DNA of 64,000 bases from Basidiobolus meristosporus CBS 931.73 (GCA_002104905.1 MCFE01000202.1:1-64000); one strand, 5' to 3'; counted from the stretch's first letter, positions 45,601-59,104 are shown. Numbers and translations are program-made. Notes: a model not told the origin generated them from the letters alone.

Positions 45601-46225
45601 AACTTTGGCATATCCTCCCAGAACTAATGGAGTCACAGAACGGTTCAATGGATTATTTGGAAAAATGCTGACCAAGTATGCAAATGGAGTTGTCAGTAGA
45701 TGGGATGAGTATATAGACCAAGCACTCTTTGCATGCAGAGTCAGAGTACACAATACCACCCAGCAATCACCATTTTACTTAGTGTACGGACGTGAACCAA
45801 GGATTCCAGGAGATCTCACACAACCCAAGCTTACAGATGCCTTAGAAGAAGAACTTAGTCAGCCAAGTAGACACCAGCAACTGGAACAAAGATGTCAAGA
45901 GGCACAGACCAAAGTATCTCAAAGTGCAGAAAAGATAAAGCAGAGATTTGATAAGACTATAGCACCAGAAGCATTGCAAGTTGGGAACTTTGTATTGCTA
46001 AGAAACAACACTCTGAAGAAGTTTGAGCCACAATGGACAGGACCATTCAAGATCATCAGAGAATGTCCATTTGCAACTTACCAACTAGTGAACAAAAGAG
46101 GCAATATCCAGGAAGATTTAGTAAATAGGGACAGACTCAAGCTTGCAAGACTTGCTGATAACACTGAACCATCAAGATATTGGTATCACAAGAAAAGAGG
46201 TTCAGGAGTACCCTCTCAACCTTAG
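42654..46225 (+). pseudogene. Gypsy A gag-pol remainder, fragmented
   Basis: ORFs 42654-43223, 43437-43859, 43904-44452, 44603-45085 and 45197-46225 mirror those of B. Confidence 0.92.
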
Positions 46226-46394
46226 TATGGGAGAATATTATAATCTGCTGCTTGAATGTTTAAGTTAGATCAGTTTTTAGTCAAATCAATTAGTATATGT
46301 TGAGGTAATCAGTATATCAGTATTATCTAGCAAATCAGTAGCATTAGTCTGCAAATGAATCAGCAGATCCTTATCAGACAGAAATAGGTATATT

Positions 46395-47108
46395 AGACTT
46401 ACTCCATTGGATAATGCCACATTGAGCCATGAGTGCCAAATGTTGCCATAGTGTGCCAGGGAGGCCAAGTGAGCCTACACTTGGCCTCAGAGTGTGCAGC
46501 ACAGCTCTGCATCTTCATGCAAAGCAGCCCCTGCGTTTCACTCATTGTGATGGAGAAAATCCATTTTTGACCTTTTTTTTTAGGTCAATGTTGTAAAGGA
46601 TGTGTAAGTGCACACAAGGATTGAAGATATGCATCTGGTACTCAATACCGATGGCACTCTGAATCTAGCTTCTGTGGCTTGTAACATGTCACAAAAATGC
46701 ATGGCACTATCTGGCACCATAAGTGCTTTGTATTGATCTTACTTTAGGGCTAATATTTAAATATAGTGCTGGATAGTACCAGTGGACCAAGATAGTGCCA
46801 TGCATTTTTGTGACATGTTATAAGCAACAAGAGCTAGGTTCAGATTGCCATGGGTATTGAGTACCAGATGTATATCATCAACCCTTTAGTGCTCTTACAC
46901 ATCCTGCACCATATTGGTCCACAAAAAAACATCCAAAAATGGATTTTCTCCTGCATCATAGGTGAAACACAAGGGCTGCTTTGCATGAAGTTGCAGTTCT
47001 ATGCTTCACACTCTGTGGCCAAGTATAGGCTCACTTAGCCTCTCTGGCACACTATGGCATCATTGAGCACTCATGGCTCAATGTGGCACTATCTAACGCA
47101 ACAAGTCT
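46395..47108. mobile_element. 714-bp foldback/MITE derivative of the PHIS transposon, TSD ATT
   Basis: ~318-bp imperfect inverted arms (46395-46712 and 46790-47108) around a 77-bp loop. Termini AGACTT..AAGTCT. ATT on both sides; removal restores the gypsy LTR. Confidence 0.9.
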
Positions 47109-47808
47109 ATTAAGTAGGTTCTTATTGGGTGATGATGATGCAATCAAATGAGTCATCAGCCACAGCCTACATTACAAAATACAATTGGTCAGCAATTCAT
47201 TTGGCAAAATGTATATAAGGAGCGGCTGGAACCTCAATAAAAATCAGTTCAAGTTTTAGTGAATACAATACTAGCTAAACTCCCTAATCCTCTACAACTC
47301 TTATACCAAGACTTGTAACAAAGCCAATATACTACTGTATAAGTATCCAAATCCATCACCATGGTTCTTATACTAAGTCTTAACTCATCTTTAGCAAAAT
47401 CTAGACAAAGCCCATTCCCCAGCTCACAAGCATGGTACAGACCAAAAAGTCAATGTTGGATCTATTTTAGTTCTTGCCAAACAATTTCAATAAAGCTATT
47501 TTGTAAGACATAGTGTTTTGATGCTCCAGAGTCAATATACACCATGTGAGACTGAGTGTAGATGAGAAAGGTCTATGCTGAGTGCTTTGAGAATATGCAG
47601 GCTTGTTTATTGAGAGTCACTCTTGTTGAAGTACAAATCTGACTAGTGAATTTTCATTTTGCAGTAGCTGCAAGAAAAATTGCAACTGTTGCCTTTCAAG
47701 GGTCTTGTGTACTTTCTTTGGTGATCATGCGTGCATATAGAAGCATATTCTTATTTCTTACTACTTAAACTGGATTTTCTTAATGCTTGAACCAAAAGCC
47801 TTGCTATT

Positions 47809-48200
47809 AGGTTTGTTCCATTAGACAGTGCTACACTGAGCCATGAGTTCCAAATGATGCCATAGTATAACTGAATGACCAAGTAGATCCATTCTTGGCC
47901 ACAGAGTGTGAAACAGAGTTCTACATCTACATGCTAAATAGCCTCTGTGTTACACTCATTGGGGTGGAGAAAATACCTTTCTTACCTTTTTTGGACTCAA
48001 TGTTGTGCATGAATGATTAGAGCATAGAAGAACTGAAAAGATTAGCTTGATACTCAATACCTATGGCACACTGAATTTAGCTCCTGAGACTGGTAACTTG
48101 TCATAGAACTGCACAGCACTATCTTGGTGCACAAGTACCAACTGGTGCTATATTTAAATATTAGCCCAAAAGTAGAATCTTGTAAAATATATTGCACCCA
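47809..48200. mobile_element. Decayed second copy of the foldback element (one arm plus loop)
   Basis: ATT then AGGTTTGTTCCATTAGACAGTGCTACACTGAGCCATGAG. Loop ATATTTAAATATTAGCCC is reversed relative to ~46750. A further arm start lies near 48340. Confidence 0.7.
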
Positions 48201-48469
48201 CATGAATGTAAGATTAAATGATGGCTGACTACAGTATGCAACAGGAATAAAGCTGTGCACCCCTTACATATCCTTGTTATTTAATTGACTCATCATTACC
48301 CAGTTTGATTCTACTTCAAAGACTTGTTCTGTTGTATAGTTCCACATTGAGCCATAATTGCTAAATAGTGATATAGTGTGCCTGAGGGGCAAGGTATGCT
48401 TGTACATGACCACAGGTTGTGAGATATAAATATGCTTGCATCTTAATCAGTAACTTGTACACTTACTGA

Positions 48470-48950
48470 TAGTATCTTGTTAATGAAGTGGTTAGTTTGC
48501 TTGTTGGATTTTGCACTTCATTTCCTGGGAGCATCTGTGGAATATTATTTTTGGGGGGCTTTGAATACCTCTCAGGCACAAGTTGCTGTCATTGCTCTTC
48601 AGCATTGGATTGGCAACTTTTCTACAATACTGACCCCAATGCAGTCAAAGGCACTTTGTTCTTTGAACTGGTTCTCTAAGACTTCTTTTCCTATAACATG
48701 GTCAGAATATTCTTTAGCCAAAATATTAACTTTTGGGTGTCATTCCTTTAGCAGTACCCATGTCTTCACCTCCCAAGCATGATAGTGGTCTCTCTCCATC
48801 TTTTCAACAGGGTAAGAAGCTCCATCGATAGCATTGGTCTGGTTTTGTGCAACTTCAAGTTTAGGGCAAGATTGGAAGATGCTATGAAAGCAAGTGCAAC
48901 ATGTGGATTCTACTTGGTGACTTATTACATTTGAAATTGTGGACATAATT
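48470..48950 (-). pseudogene. Highly decayed copia integrase remnant
   Basis: STCCTC zinc-finger half, then QNQTNAIDG..MERDHYH..KTWVLLK resembling the copia IN core. Weak. Confidence 0.45.
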
Positions 48951-49609
48951 GCGCAAACATGAGAATTTTCATTTTATGAGGACCCAAGGTTTGATGATGA
49001 TTAATCAGGTCAATATCTGCAAAACAATCTCCCAGAGCACTAAAGAAGGCCTGCAAGTAGTGGCAGACCTTTTCTTGGCCTCTCTTGCAGTCATAGCTCA
49101 TTAAGGACTATTCAATGAAAAAAGTCCAATAGCCCTGCAGGTTGATGAGATGGAATAAATGGGCAAACAAACTTCTGATGAGGGTGAGATGTGTGTCCAT
49201 GTGAAAAGCTCAACAGACCAGTTGCAGAGCCTTGTATCAGTTCTAGAGTTTAGAATTGAAGATCTGTCAGTAAATTATGTACTTAGAAGGACCCTGGATG
49301 AAGAGCTAAGAGCAATAAGTGCCAATACCAAGGAATAAGAGAATGCCTGGTCAAGTGTTGATAGCTACCACAGGAGGTACTCTATATCCTACAATGCAAA
49401 CACAACCTGTATTGCTGCTATTTCAAAAGGAATGCACACATGTTAAATGGGTGCTTTAAGAAGAGTAATAATCAGCAGAATGAGCTTGACAATGAAAATG
49501 CTGCAACACTTCAAGACACAACCACAAACAAGGTCTCTTTGATGTTGTTGATGCACTTTGAAGTATCTTAAGAATCATCCAGCCCCTAAAAGAAATAATT
49601 GTGATGATG

Positions 49610-50385
49610 TGTTGTGTTGTATTAAGAGTAGTTTGGGGCTTATTCTATAATGTAGAGGCTAATCAACAATATACAACAACTTCCAGTATGCTAATACTGA
49701 AATAGTTTATTGGGAGCTTAATATACCAATAGAAGATACAACTCTCACTAATTTCCTCAACTTAGGCTCAAAATATACTATTGGCAGTGTTTATCACTTC
49801 TACAGTAGTGTTCTGACCTTCTGTGAGCTACTGAGCTTATTTACTTTTATAGTAACCTTTCCTTTTTTGGAAGTCACTTTCCTTTCTGAGAAAATATTTT
49901 CTAATATGGAAGTTCTGAACTCTGCTTTAACCTAAAGGGGTGTCTTCAGAGTGAAGGGGCTTCTTAGAGGGGACTTTTCCAACAGAAAAGTGGTAGTTTC
50001 TTGTAGAACTTAGATTGGATTCTTGTGAGCTTTGCAGTCTCTTTACTGTTGTAGTACTGATCAAAGTCAGAATATTCACGTGACTTCATTGGCTGGTTTT
50101 AAAGTTACATGCTATCAAAGTCACCATAGTAATCCTAGCAATAAGGCAGAGTATATATAATAGTTGGACTCTTTTGGTCATAACTCCTTAAGTACTGCTT
50201 CAAATGAGCTGTTATTTGAAACATATGTTAGCTACTACTTGTTCTGTATGACATAATATTCTTGGGTGGATTGCTTGTCAGGGTCTGGAGTATTTGTCCT
50301 TCAAAGTTGGAAATTCTTGATCTTTGAATTGTGTGTTACAATAGCAAAAAGCAAAATAAAGAAATGAGTGCAATATTGGTTTAGA
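49610..50385. repeat. Family E repeat, inverted copy of 1430-2601
   Basis: Long reverse-complement matches; lacks the ~225-bp insert and the expanded array of the first copy. Confidence 0.65.
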
Positions 50386-50779
50386 GCTACTGATGCTGTC
50401 AAAAGGATGTCACAAAATTAAAGTTGCATGACTAAGAGTATTGATCCTGTAAATACACTGTGCTATAACTGTACAAAAATAATTACACCTTGGTTTTTGC
50501 ATAAAACTTGGTCAGATTTTTGTATTGCAATAAAGAAAGTGGCTTTTGATTTGTCCTCTACAAATAATATCACTTTATGATCCCAGACACTCAGTCATCT
50601 CCTATGTTTGAGTACATTGATTGCTATTGCCTCTTTTTTATTTTCCTTACCTCCTGACCCAATCAATTCTCTTACTTTTCAGGCATAAAAATTGATTTTT
50701 TCTGTTGAAACTTCAGCTGAACCTCAATTGCAAATTGTACTGACCTATGCAAGTCCCTATACCTATCACTAACATTAAG

Positions 50780-53135
50780 CCCAATCCCACATTTGATAAT
50801 CAGATCCACTAAAATCCATCATTCATTATGTATTTCTGTTGTAATGCCCTTTTTGTGACTTTGGCAGGAACCCTCTGGCTTTATGTCACTGTCCACTTGA
50901 TGGGTCCCATATACCCTGGTCTTCAGCCAGTGCCACAAGGTGTAGCACCTCATCTGCCAGTCTTTGCAATGAATCCTTGCAATGAATCCTTGCAATATCC
51001 ATGTTTGTTTTTGTGTGCACTGCTCTTGAAGTTGTGCTGCAACCTCTTGGCGTGCCTATTAATGTTCCAAAACTCCACTGAAGGCATTGCAATAAACTCT
51101 TGAGTTCTTGACATTGTTACTTTGTCTGTCAGTCAGATCTCCAGTCTGTCAACAATGAAGAACAAAGAGGCTGTGGTGGACAAACTGCCTTTCTCTACAG
51201 ACTCAACTACCTTACTGGAGTGTAGTGCAACTGGCTGTGCTTCCAACTCTTATGAGCACTACTATTTTCTTGTTGACAATTTTTCTTGGCAATGATAGGA
51301 TTCAGTCTGCTCTGGACTCACTGCATAGATTGGGCTTGCTCTTGAAGCAACAATACAACCTCTTGGTGTTCCTATTGATGTTCCATAATTTCACTATAGG
51401 CATTGTGATGGTCTTTTGAGTTCTTGACATTGTTGCATTGTCTGTCAGTGGGATTTCCACTATGTCAAAAATGGAAGATATTCAGGCTATGGTAAATGAA
51501 TTGCTTTTCTCTGCAAACACATCTACCTCACTGGAGTGTAGCTTAACTGGCTGCACTTCCAACTCTTGACAAAATAGCATTTGTCTTGTTGGTAAATCTT
51601 CTTGGCTAGGATTTGATTCAGCCTATTCTGGGCTGACAGTGTTCATTGGTGAGAACAGCAGCTCTTTTCACATGCTTCCCTGCTTCAGGCTTAGGTAGAC
51701 TTTTTTCTTTCTACCTTTGTCTTTTTCATTATAACTGCCAAGTCTTTCACTGCTACTTTGACTGAGTGTTTCCTGTATTGTACTTTGCTTTCTCCTTAAA
51801 TAATGCTAAGCTGGTGCATCTGTTTTTGTCTGCTTGTCTGTTGAAAGCACTCTCCTGGCAGCCTGAGGTTTCCCTGCTGCTTGTTTGGAACTTTTGGCCC
51901 TGCTTGAGACACGCTCTTAAGCAAGCCACTAGTTTGGAACCATGGCACCCTTGTTCTGCTGCCTTTGATAGTGTTTGCTTCTCTTGAGCTTGCAGGCTCC
52001 AGCTCTGCTAGTGACAGGCTTCTGAGTTAGCTGCAGGTTTATATTGCTGCCAGGACCTTAACCGCTACTTTTAATGAGTGCTTCCTGTGTAGAACTTTGT
52101 GCTTTCCTTGATAAATGCAGCACTGATGTATCTGTTTCTGCCCATATGCCCCTTACCATCACTTTTCTAGTTGCCTGATGCTTTTTGCTGCTTATTTGGA
52201 GCATTCAACTATGCGTATGACAAATCCTTGAGGAAGCTGCTGGGTTTTGACTGTGGCACCCATATTTTCTGCCTTTGATAGTTTTAGCTATTCTTGAGAT
52301 GCTCTTTTAGTATACTAATGCTGGTCCAAAGTCCATTTGCTTGATTAAGTCCAGTAACATGCCCATGGAGTATATCAAGTGCATTCTGCTTGACCTTGAG
52401 ATCTTAATGATCTCATGATATGATGGCCTTATGATGATGTTGTGCTAGGCTTTCAACAGCCTCTTGAATATTTGCCTACTCTTCATCATTGCCCCCGGCA
52501 GCTTCACCAATCTGCAACGTCTTTTGATTTTCATGCTGGGGTGTGGAGATCACAGCCTCTCCTTCCAGTGCTGTTATAGGTTTTACTGTGGGCTTTATAT
52601 TTGAGCACTATTGGTATGCTGCAAAGACTGTATGGTGTTCCCCTACTGCAAAAATGTGAATTGGCTCAATTATTGGCTGGAAAACTGAGCTAATGCAGTT
52701 TCTTTTTTGCTTCCTAGATATTGCATTTTCAACATATGATATTGACTGTGCTGCATGTATTAGCAGCTCTTCCAGACTCTGGACTATTTTTGGACTTCTC
52801 TAGGCCATCTCATCTTGCCTATCAGCCACTGTAACTAATTGTCTCATTTATGCTTTGGTAGGAGCTAACAACATACTTGCTAATACTGGTAGTGGTGATG
52901 TTGTGACCTTCAGTTGCTGGTCTTCTACCAGAGGCGTTAAGTTTGCTCCACTCCCATCTGCCTGCTCATTATGATGGGCTTGCAGCACCATTAAGATTCA
53001 TAGTTGCCTACTTAACAGAGAGTTTGAGGAGTCTGCACTATTGCCTTCACTGAGAGTACAGTCAGCATGGCCTTTGTTGACTGTAACACTACTTGTTGCA
53101 CTGGATGTTAGAGCAAGGTATTGTCCAACTGTTCT
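50780..53135 (-). pseudogene. CACTA-like second gene remnant with tandem duplications
   Basis: ~310-bp duplication (about 51040-51350 and 51360-51660). Repeats at 51740 and 52060. Homologous to 12880-14497. Confidence 0.6.
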
Positions 53136-53170
53136 TATGCCCTATGAGACAGTCTACTCTGATATAGCAC

Positions 53171-54229
53171 TGTGGTGGTGTATTAGCTATAGGGAGAGAT
53201 ATGTCCAACACTTCTCAAGTGTTTTGTGTGTGGTGTGCTCACTGGATGTGATAGCCTCTGGCCAAAGCTTCCTAGGAACAATTGGATTTTGTTGCTATTC
53301 TTGTATGAAGGGGCATAAAGCCACAAGCTTTTCAAGGGAGAACTATTGAGCTATAGTTGCCAACTTATTTGGCATCTTAACAAAAGTGTGTGCTGGGTTC
53401 AGCATCCTTTGGGATGATAATGTACTGAAGCTTCCCAGGTCAAAACAACTGTAAACTACACTAGCAGGAACTTGATATGAATGTGACTGCAGTCAATATT
53501 TATAAAGCCAGAAAAGTACTTTTGTTTGAGCAAGAACAAACTTGGGAAAAAATCAAGTTTAATAGGTGATAACTACTGTAAGCATTCCTCAAAAGTAGTG
53601 CCTCCAAGGTCAGTTGGATGTCAGCACAGTTTCCTGGGAGTGTCCTGTAGTCTAGAATTGGAGGTTCAGATAGCAGCAGGTAGCACTGCACACACTCAGC
53701 AACATGTTGGTATATTGATAAAAGGGATGATGATTTACTGCTGAGGGATTGCCTCCCTCATATACTCCTTTCACTGGCTGAGTGATTACTAATCATGGTG
53801 TTCCACAAGGTCTTGAAGTCAGTAAAAATCTTGATGGCATCAAAATGCACTAGGAATGTTCTAAGTAGATACTAGAAGGTTATTAGAGGCACAGCACATC
53901 CAATCAATCAGGATTCAGTATTCTGAGACCTGAGTAACATGGTGACACCATACATAGAGTAAAAATGGTAGGGTTGGCAACACAGTTTGACCATGTTTCA
54001 AAGGTCCTAGCACAGGTATTAGTTCATTATATAAGTACTTACCTCTAGCAATCTTATATAAAGTGTGGCATAACCTTTGCAATAAACAGGCAGATATCAT
54101 AGTTAGCCAGCTTATGGGATGTTACTCATCATATGGGACAAAACTTAATAAGGGTATTAGAAAAATATGGAAGCAGAAAATATGGGAATTGGCACATCTG
54201 CTACTGGGTGTCACTGTGACCCCTCTACA
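53171..54229 (-). mobile_element. Family-D LTR, full length, TSD not matched
   Basis: Reverse complement of 7854-8884, more diverged. Left flank GCAC, right flank ATTC. Confidence 0.75.
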
Positions 54230-54488
54230 ATTCCATAGGAGAAGGGAAAAACCACCATGTGACTTTTCTAACAAGCATCTCTGCCATGAAGCATGCAGGC
54301 AGCATATGAAGTGCTACAAGGAGCATGGCCAGTGTTTTGTCACACAAGTTATATTTGAGCATACATCACTCACTATTGTGACAGCAATATCTTGCTTGCC
54401 ACTTAAAACTGCTATAATAGTACTTAGCTGTGCTTGTAACCTTGCACAGACCAATATGGGTGAATTGCAACACTACTTAGCTCACCTC

Positions 54489-54837
54489 TGTTGTAATTAT
54501 TGAGTTGTCACCTAAATATTCATGCTAACTTAGTCACATAGATCTTATACTGTGATTAGCATTCTGTCCTGACCAGATCTCTTGTTGAGATTTACTTAGA
54601 ATATTTTCACCAAATTGTCAGGTAAGCAGATTATTATTTTTCTCAAAGTTGTCCAAAAGACCCCAAACTTTGCACACATACTCTTGTGACCTTCCTTAGC
54701 AAGCTCTGCACGTTTGTTTTCTCTACTCTATCAGAAGTATAAATACCATACTTTTGATCAATAAATCTTCAAGTGAATAATATGTAAATCCTGTAGTTCT
54801 CCACTTCACTTCCAATACTCCTCAGAATATTGCAACA
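54489..54837 (+). mobile_element. Copia family G solo LTR (349 bp), TSD ACCTC
   Basis: TGTTG..CAACA termini. Perfect TSD at 54484-54488 and 54838-54842. Confidence 0.9.
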
Positions 54838-54899
54838 ACCTCAGCCTTCTGAATGTGGCCAGCAGAGTGGTAGCTCTGAAGAAAGAGGCTCACTACTGA

Positions 54900-56500
54900 A
54901 TTGTGAGCCTATCTCATCTCACACCAGTGCCCTGCATGAGCCTGGCAATGAGACAACACTTATGTAAAAAACAGGGATACTTATGGAGCCAAATGAGCCT
55001 AGTAATCTATTTACTGATGAAAGATATGAAGTTGTGGCTATAGATGTGGTGTACTTCCACTAATACCAGTAATAGGGGCTTTGAGGATTTACTGCTACTT
55101 CTTACCAAAATCATTCCAGGATGCATCTTACCTTTTACTTAGCACAAATGGAATACCATCATACAGGAGTTCAACTTCTCAGGGATCCACCACCACAGGA
55201 GGAAAACATTACTCACACTCCAGATATATTCCAATAGCTCCCTTCTTGAGGAAATTCATGCAGTCCAACAAATACTGTAAGCTATACTGTACCATGCCCA
55301 GTGAAATCAAGTGCACCCATTTCCAAAACTTTTGATGGCAAACATCAAAAACAACAAAGAAGCAAGTACTACTTTGAAGGTATGTACTATTATGCCTTTG
55401 CCTTGGCACATTATGGCTCTCACTGAATAGCTACTCTGTTAGTAAACTCTGTTGGCCACTGATTCTCTTCAACCTCAAATCTGCTGCCAATCTTATGGCA
55501 CCAGAGCAAGGATCTGATGGTAGTGTCAATGATATCTGGCTCTAGATAACTGTTGTACCTGAAATGCTACCTATATGCATTGCTGGATGAGCTTTGTATG
55601 CTATCTGGCAGGATAATAATGAATAGCTGTCATATCAAAGTGCATAATATTATCTGCACTAGAGATACCCCGGCCATCAGCTAGATAGCTGGCCTTTCTG
55701 GGCATTATGGATGGTATTGCTGTCAAATGTGTAAAATCCAGGGTATTTACACCATAATTCACACACTTTGTTATTGTCTAAATACCAATACTAAGCACTT
55801 CATCTTCCCATGCAGAGAACATGCAAAATGCAGCATGCAGTTGCAGCAAAGCTGGCAAGCAATAAGCCATTGACTGGAATATGGCATTAATCAAAAACCT
55901 GAGATGCTAAAGGTAGAGATATTCTGCAGGAGCAAAAGCTATTCACTGAGAGCAATGCATTTGCTCTTCAACAGTATTCCAATAATAATTGCCAAGTTGC
56001 ATTTGCTCTTAAACAATATCTCTATGCTAATGACCAATTTGTACATCATGTATTTCAAGCTAGATGAGCACTTTAAAATGCTGGAGAAATATCAAAAAAG
56101 TAATAAGACATTACTGAGTATCTATTGCCTAGAGTATTTCTCATAATCTCCATTCAGTAATCTTGCTCATGTGCAATGCCACAAATGCAAGGACTGGACA
56201 AGCTGGACATGTATTTATTCAAGTGGCCTACAGTAGCAACTGCTTCCTAGAGTACACTGGAAGCATTGGGAGTCATATGTTGGCATTGCAGAAATATTTA
56301 TCTTGAAGCAGATCACCAATGCCAACTTTGTGCATCCAAAGCTTTTATGCAAGGAGCTTGCATTGGGATTTGAGCAGCTATAATACAAGCATCAAATTGC
56401 CTGCTTAAAATCTCTGCTGCTACTGCATCCATTCTCTACTCCATCTTGCTTGGTGTATTGAGAATACTAGACCTTGCTTTACTTTTTGGTAGCTTCCTAT
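54900..56500 (+). pseudogene. CACTA-like transposase remnant
   Basis: Colinear with 60-1340 and with the reverse of 10560-12330. Heavily disrupted. Confidence 0.75.
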
Positions 56501-57860
56501 TGAGTGGCTGGGTGGAGAAATAGGAAGACAAGGCAAGTTACAAGTACAACCATATCCCAATCTTATCAAGAATATTACCTTCAAGCCTGTTATGGATGCA
56601 ACAAGTTGGAACATGGAGGACAGCCAGGAAGAGTTGGAGAATACTGATGACAGATGTGCTCATGGACACATCAATGCCTTTGACTTTAAGAAGCTAAGCA
56701 GACCCAATGCATGGGTAAACAGTTAAGTAATGCAAAGATGGGTTGGATGCTACATGTAACTAATTCTAATCAGGACATTTTTATCATGCTATGCTGGGTT
56801 TCTTCTGAGTACAAGCCAACTTCTACACCATTCAATATGGAATTCACACAAAAAAGTACCAGGGTGTACTAATAAGGGGGACTAAATTCTAGCAGTGAGA
56901 AGGAATATACAGGCTCAGTACCAAAGGGTATTTCTCTGGTACCCAAGAGGTATTCATGGCAAAAGGGGTGGCAACCAAATATATATCTGCAAAGTATACA
57001 TTTGACCTGTAATACAAGGTATATGGCACCTTTGCAAGTATCACACTAAAAAGCTATAATGCTGAGGTGATAGGAGTGTGTCAATTGCAGTAGGTGTGCA
57101 TGCCTGTAGAGGTTGGCAAGCAGGAGGCCATAGTTTTTTTTTATTTGAACTATTTGTGCAATACCCATGGTACTAGTGGGTAATAAAGCCAATTGGGTGA
57201 TACAGCAGTGGATTACTTGAATGGCACCTGGGGAGGTAGCAAAAGGAAATACCATCTGGTAAATTGGTATGGTAGCATTATACAGCACCAGCTGAAGGCT
57301 GTCATACTACCATTATAGTGCCAACTAATGCCTGCATCAAGGCCATCAATGAACTGTCAAGTTTTTCTTCCATATATGCATTTGCATGTGCTGACCAGTT
57401 GGGTCTGCCCAAATAAGTTGAGACCAAAATGCAACCATCAGAATACCATCTAAATCCCATTGAGGTAGCACCCAAACACCATTAAGCTTACTTGCCTATA
57501 AAGCAGTAGAGTTAGCAAATACTGCTGTAGTTCTATCATAGCATTGTAGCAAGGGTCAATGACGCTAGACCAGAAACTTTCTGCTGATATTTTCCCCACT
57601 CATTGATTATTCTAAGATTCTGCACTTAGTAGTCTCATTGGAGCAGTTGAACCCTTCATGAGTTTTATCAAGTGTTTAGACTTGTTCAGTTGGATAGTGC
57701 CACACAGTGCCAGCCTGTTTATGGTGCCGGATTGATCTGGCACTCTACGGCACTATCTGGCACTATAATTTCTACCATGATGCCAGTGGTATGACACAGT
57801 TACTGGTAATTTTACTCAATCTTACTTATGTTGCTCAGAATAGTGCTTTCCTTGCTTTAT

Positions 57861-58745
57861 TTACTCTTCACAATGCTCCAGACACATTTCTCTCAGTGGA
57901 TGTCTTCTTGTATGAACTTACTGTGCATTAATATGTATCTTAACTATTTTACCTATTCTGCTGTTTTCTCCTATATATGACTTTCTTCTGTATTTACCTG
58001 CCAATATGCTGAATCTCTTCAGATATCCAAATGTGTGCTCTACCCTCACTCTGAAATGATTAAATATCTCATTGTAGAGCTTTTGCTTCCTGCTAAGCAC
58101 ACCATTCCTTGGCTTCCTATAAGCTGTAATACATCCTAATCTCTGACAATCCTCTCCTATATAGGCTAAGTCTGCCATACATTTCTTACCTCTACTGAAT
58201 TCAGGATGATTCTCTACCCAGAGTGCTTTGTCATGCCTACTTCCAGCAAATGGCCCACTAAGCCAGGTGATGTTACCCTCAATGTCAGACAGTGCTTGAA
58301 ACTTCACACAGTGTGCCTTGTACTTGCCAGAATAAAAGTGCCTCTGCCCTCTATAAGGTCTGTTAATCCTCACTGGGAAGGTATCCAAAATACTCCTGAT
58401 ATGGAACCTGTTGCTGAACACTCTGGGATATGGAAGTCTATTGAAGCTTCTGAACCTAGTATTCTAAGCTTGCTCTAAGTCATTAATACCCTCTGCAAGG
58501 TGGTGCTCCATTGCTGTCAGCTGGGAATGAAAGCTTCTAGGACTCTTGTTGCCATGGATGGTGGGATGAAACCTTGTAGGGCAATAGTTCTTGTAATAGC
58601 AGAGAAGCTTAAAAAGGGATCTCCTTGAGTAGATTGGGGTTGATGGACCACAGTACTTGGAATAGATCTCCTCTAGTGTGTCAAAAGGAAATCCAGTGGT
58701 AGTGATGGGATTGATGAGAAAAGACCATTCAGACAAGTAAGTCAT
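57861..58745 (-). pseudogene. DDE_Tnp_4 transposase of copy 3
   Basis: ILDTFPV..MADLAYIG..RVEHTFGYLKRF gives a complete D-D-E set. In-frame TAG at 58464 and TAA at 57918. Confidence 0.9.
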
Positions 58746-59104
58746 ATTAAAATTGGTGGATGATTGTATAGAGGCGGTTTGAATTGATTTGGCACAATTT
58801 GTGTTATTTATCTGATTTTTAATACATTATGGTTAAATCTCCATCAATTGCCATGTATCCCATCATTATGTTGCAAAAATCATCTGCAAACAATGCCTTG
58901 ATACTTTTATTGATGCTTTAATCACAGGTCTATATTCAAATAGGAAATCTGCAATTGATGTGATCTGATCCGTGTCAATGCAATCCAAGATGCATCATGC
59001 ATAATATATGGAAAATTCAACAATCACATTAGTTTCCATATATATTTCATATAAGACCAGGTTGATGCCAATATACTGCTGTATAAGTATCCAAATCCAT
59101 TGCT

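Larger units (their letters stand above)
33070..47320 (+). mobile_element. Ty3/gypsy element A (interrupted by copia 2, gypsy B and a foldback element)
   Basis: Partial 5' LTR 33070-33270; gag pieces 37568-37738 and 42654-43223; PR/RT/RH/IN to 46225; PPT ~46224-46235; 3' LTR 46236-47320. Outer flanks (TTTCT vs AAGCC) do not match. Confidence 0.8.

Noticed and set aside
22465-46225. Alternative genetic code (TAG read as Gln or Trp), suggested by recurrent in-frame TAGs
   Set aside because: The 996-codon pol and both 342-codon integrases contain many Gln and Trp codons and no TAG. The expected residues at the TAG sites are inconsistent (Q, W, R/K).
17012-47111. 5-bp TSD (TANTA) with G..C termini for the PHIS family
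   Set aside because: It fits copy 1 and the foldback formally, but copy 2 (..GGTCT|AGT-CC) and its empty site favour AG..CT termini with a 3-bp ANT duplication.
48950-49600. Possible gag-like or host coding remnant
   Set aside because: Too decayed; no motif could be read with confidence.
9700-57660. Canonical CACTA/CACTG terminal inverted repeats
   Set aside because: I could not locate matching termini with a TSD by eye, so element boundaries are not reported.
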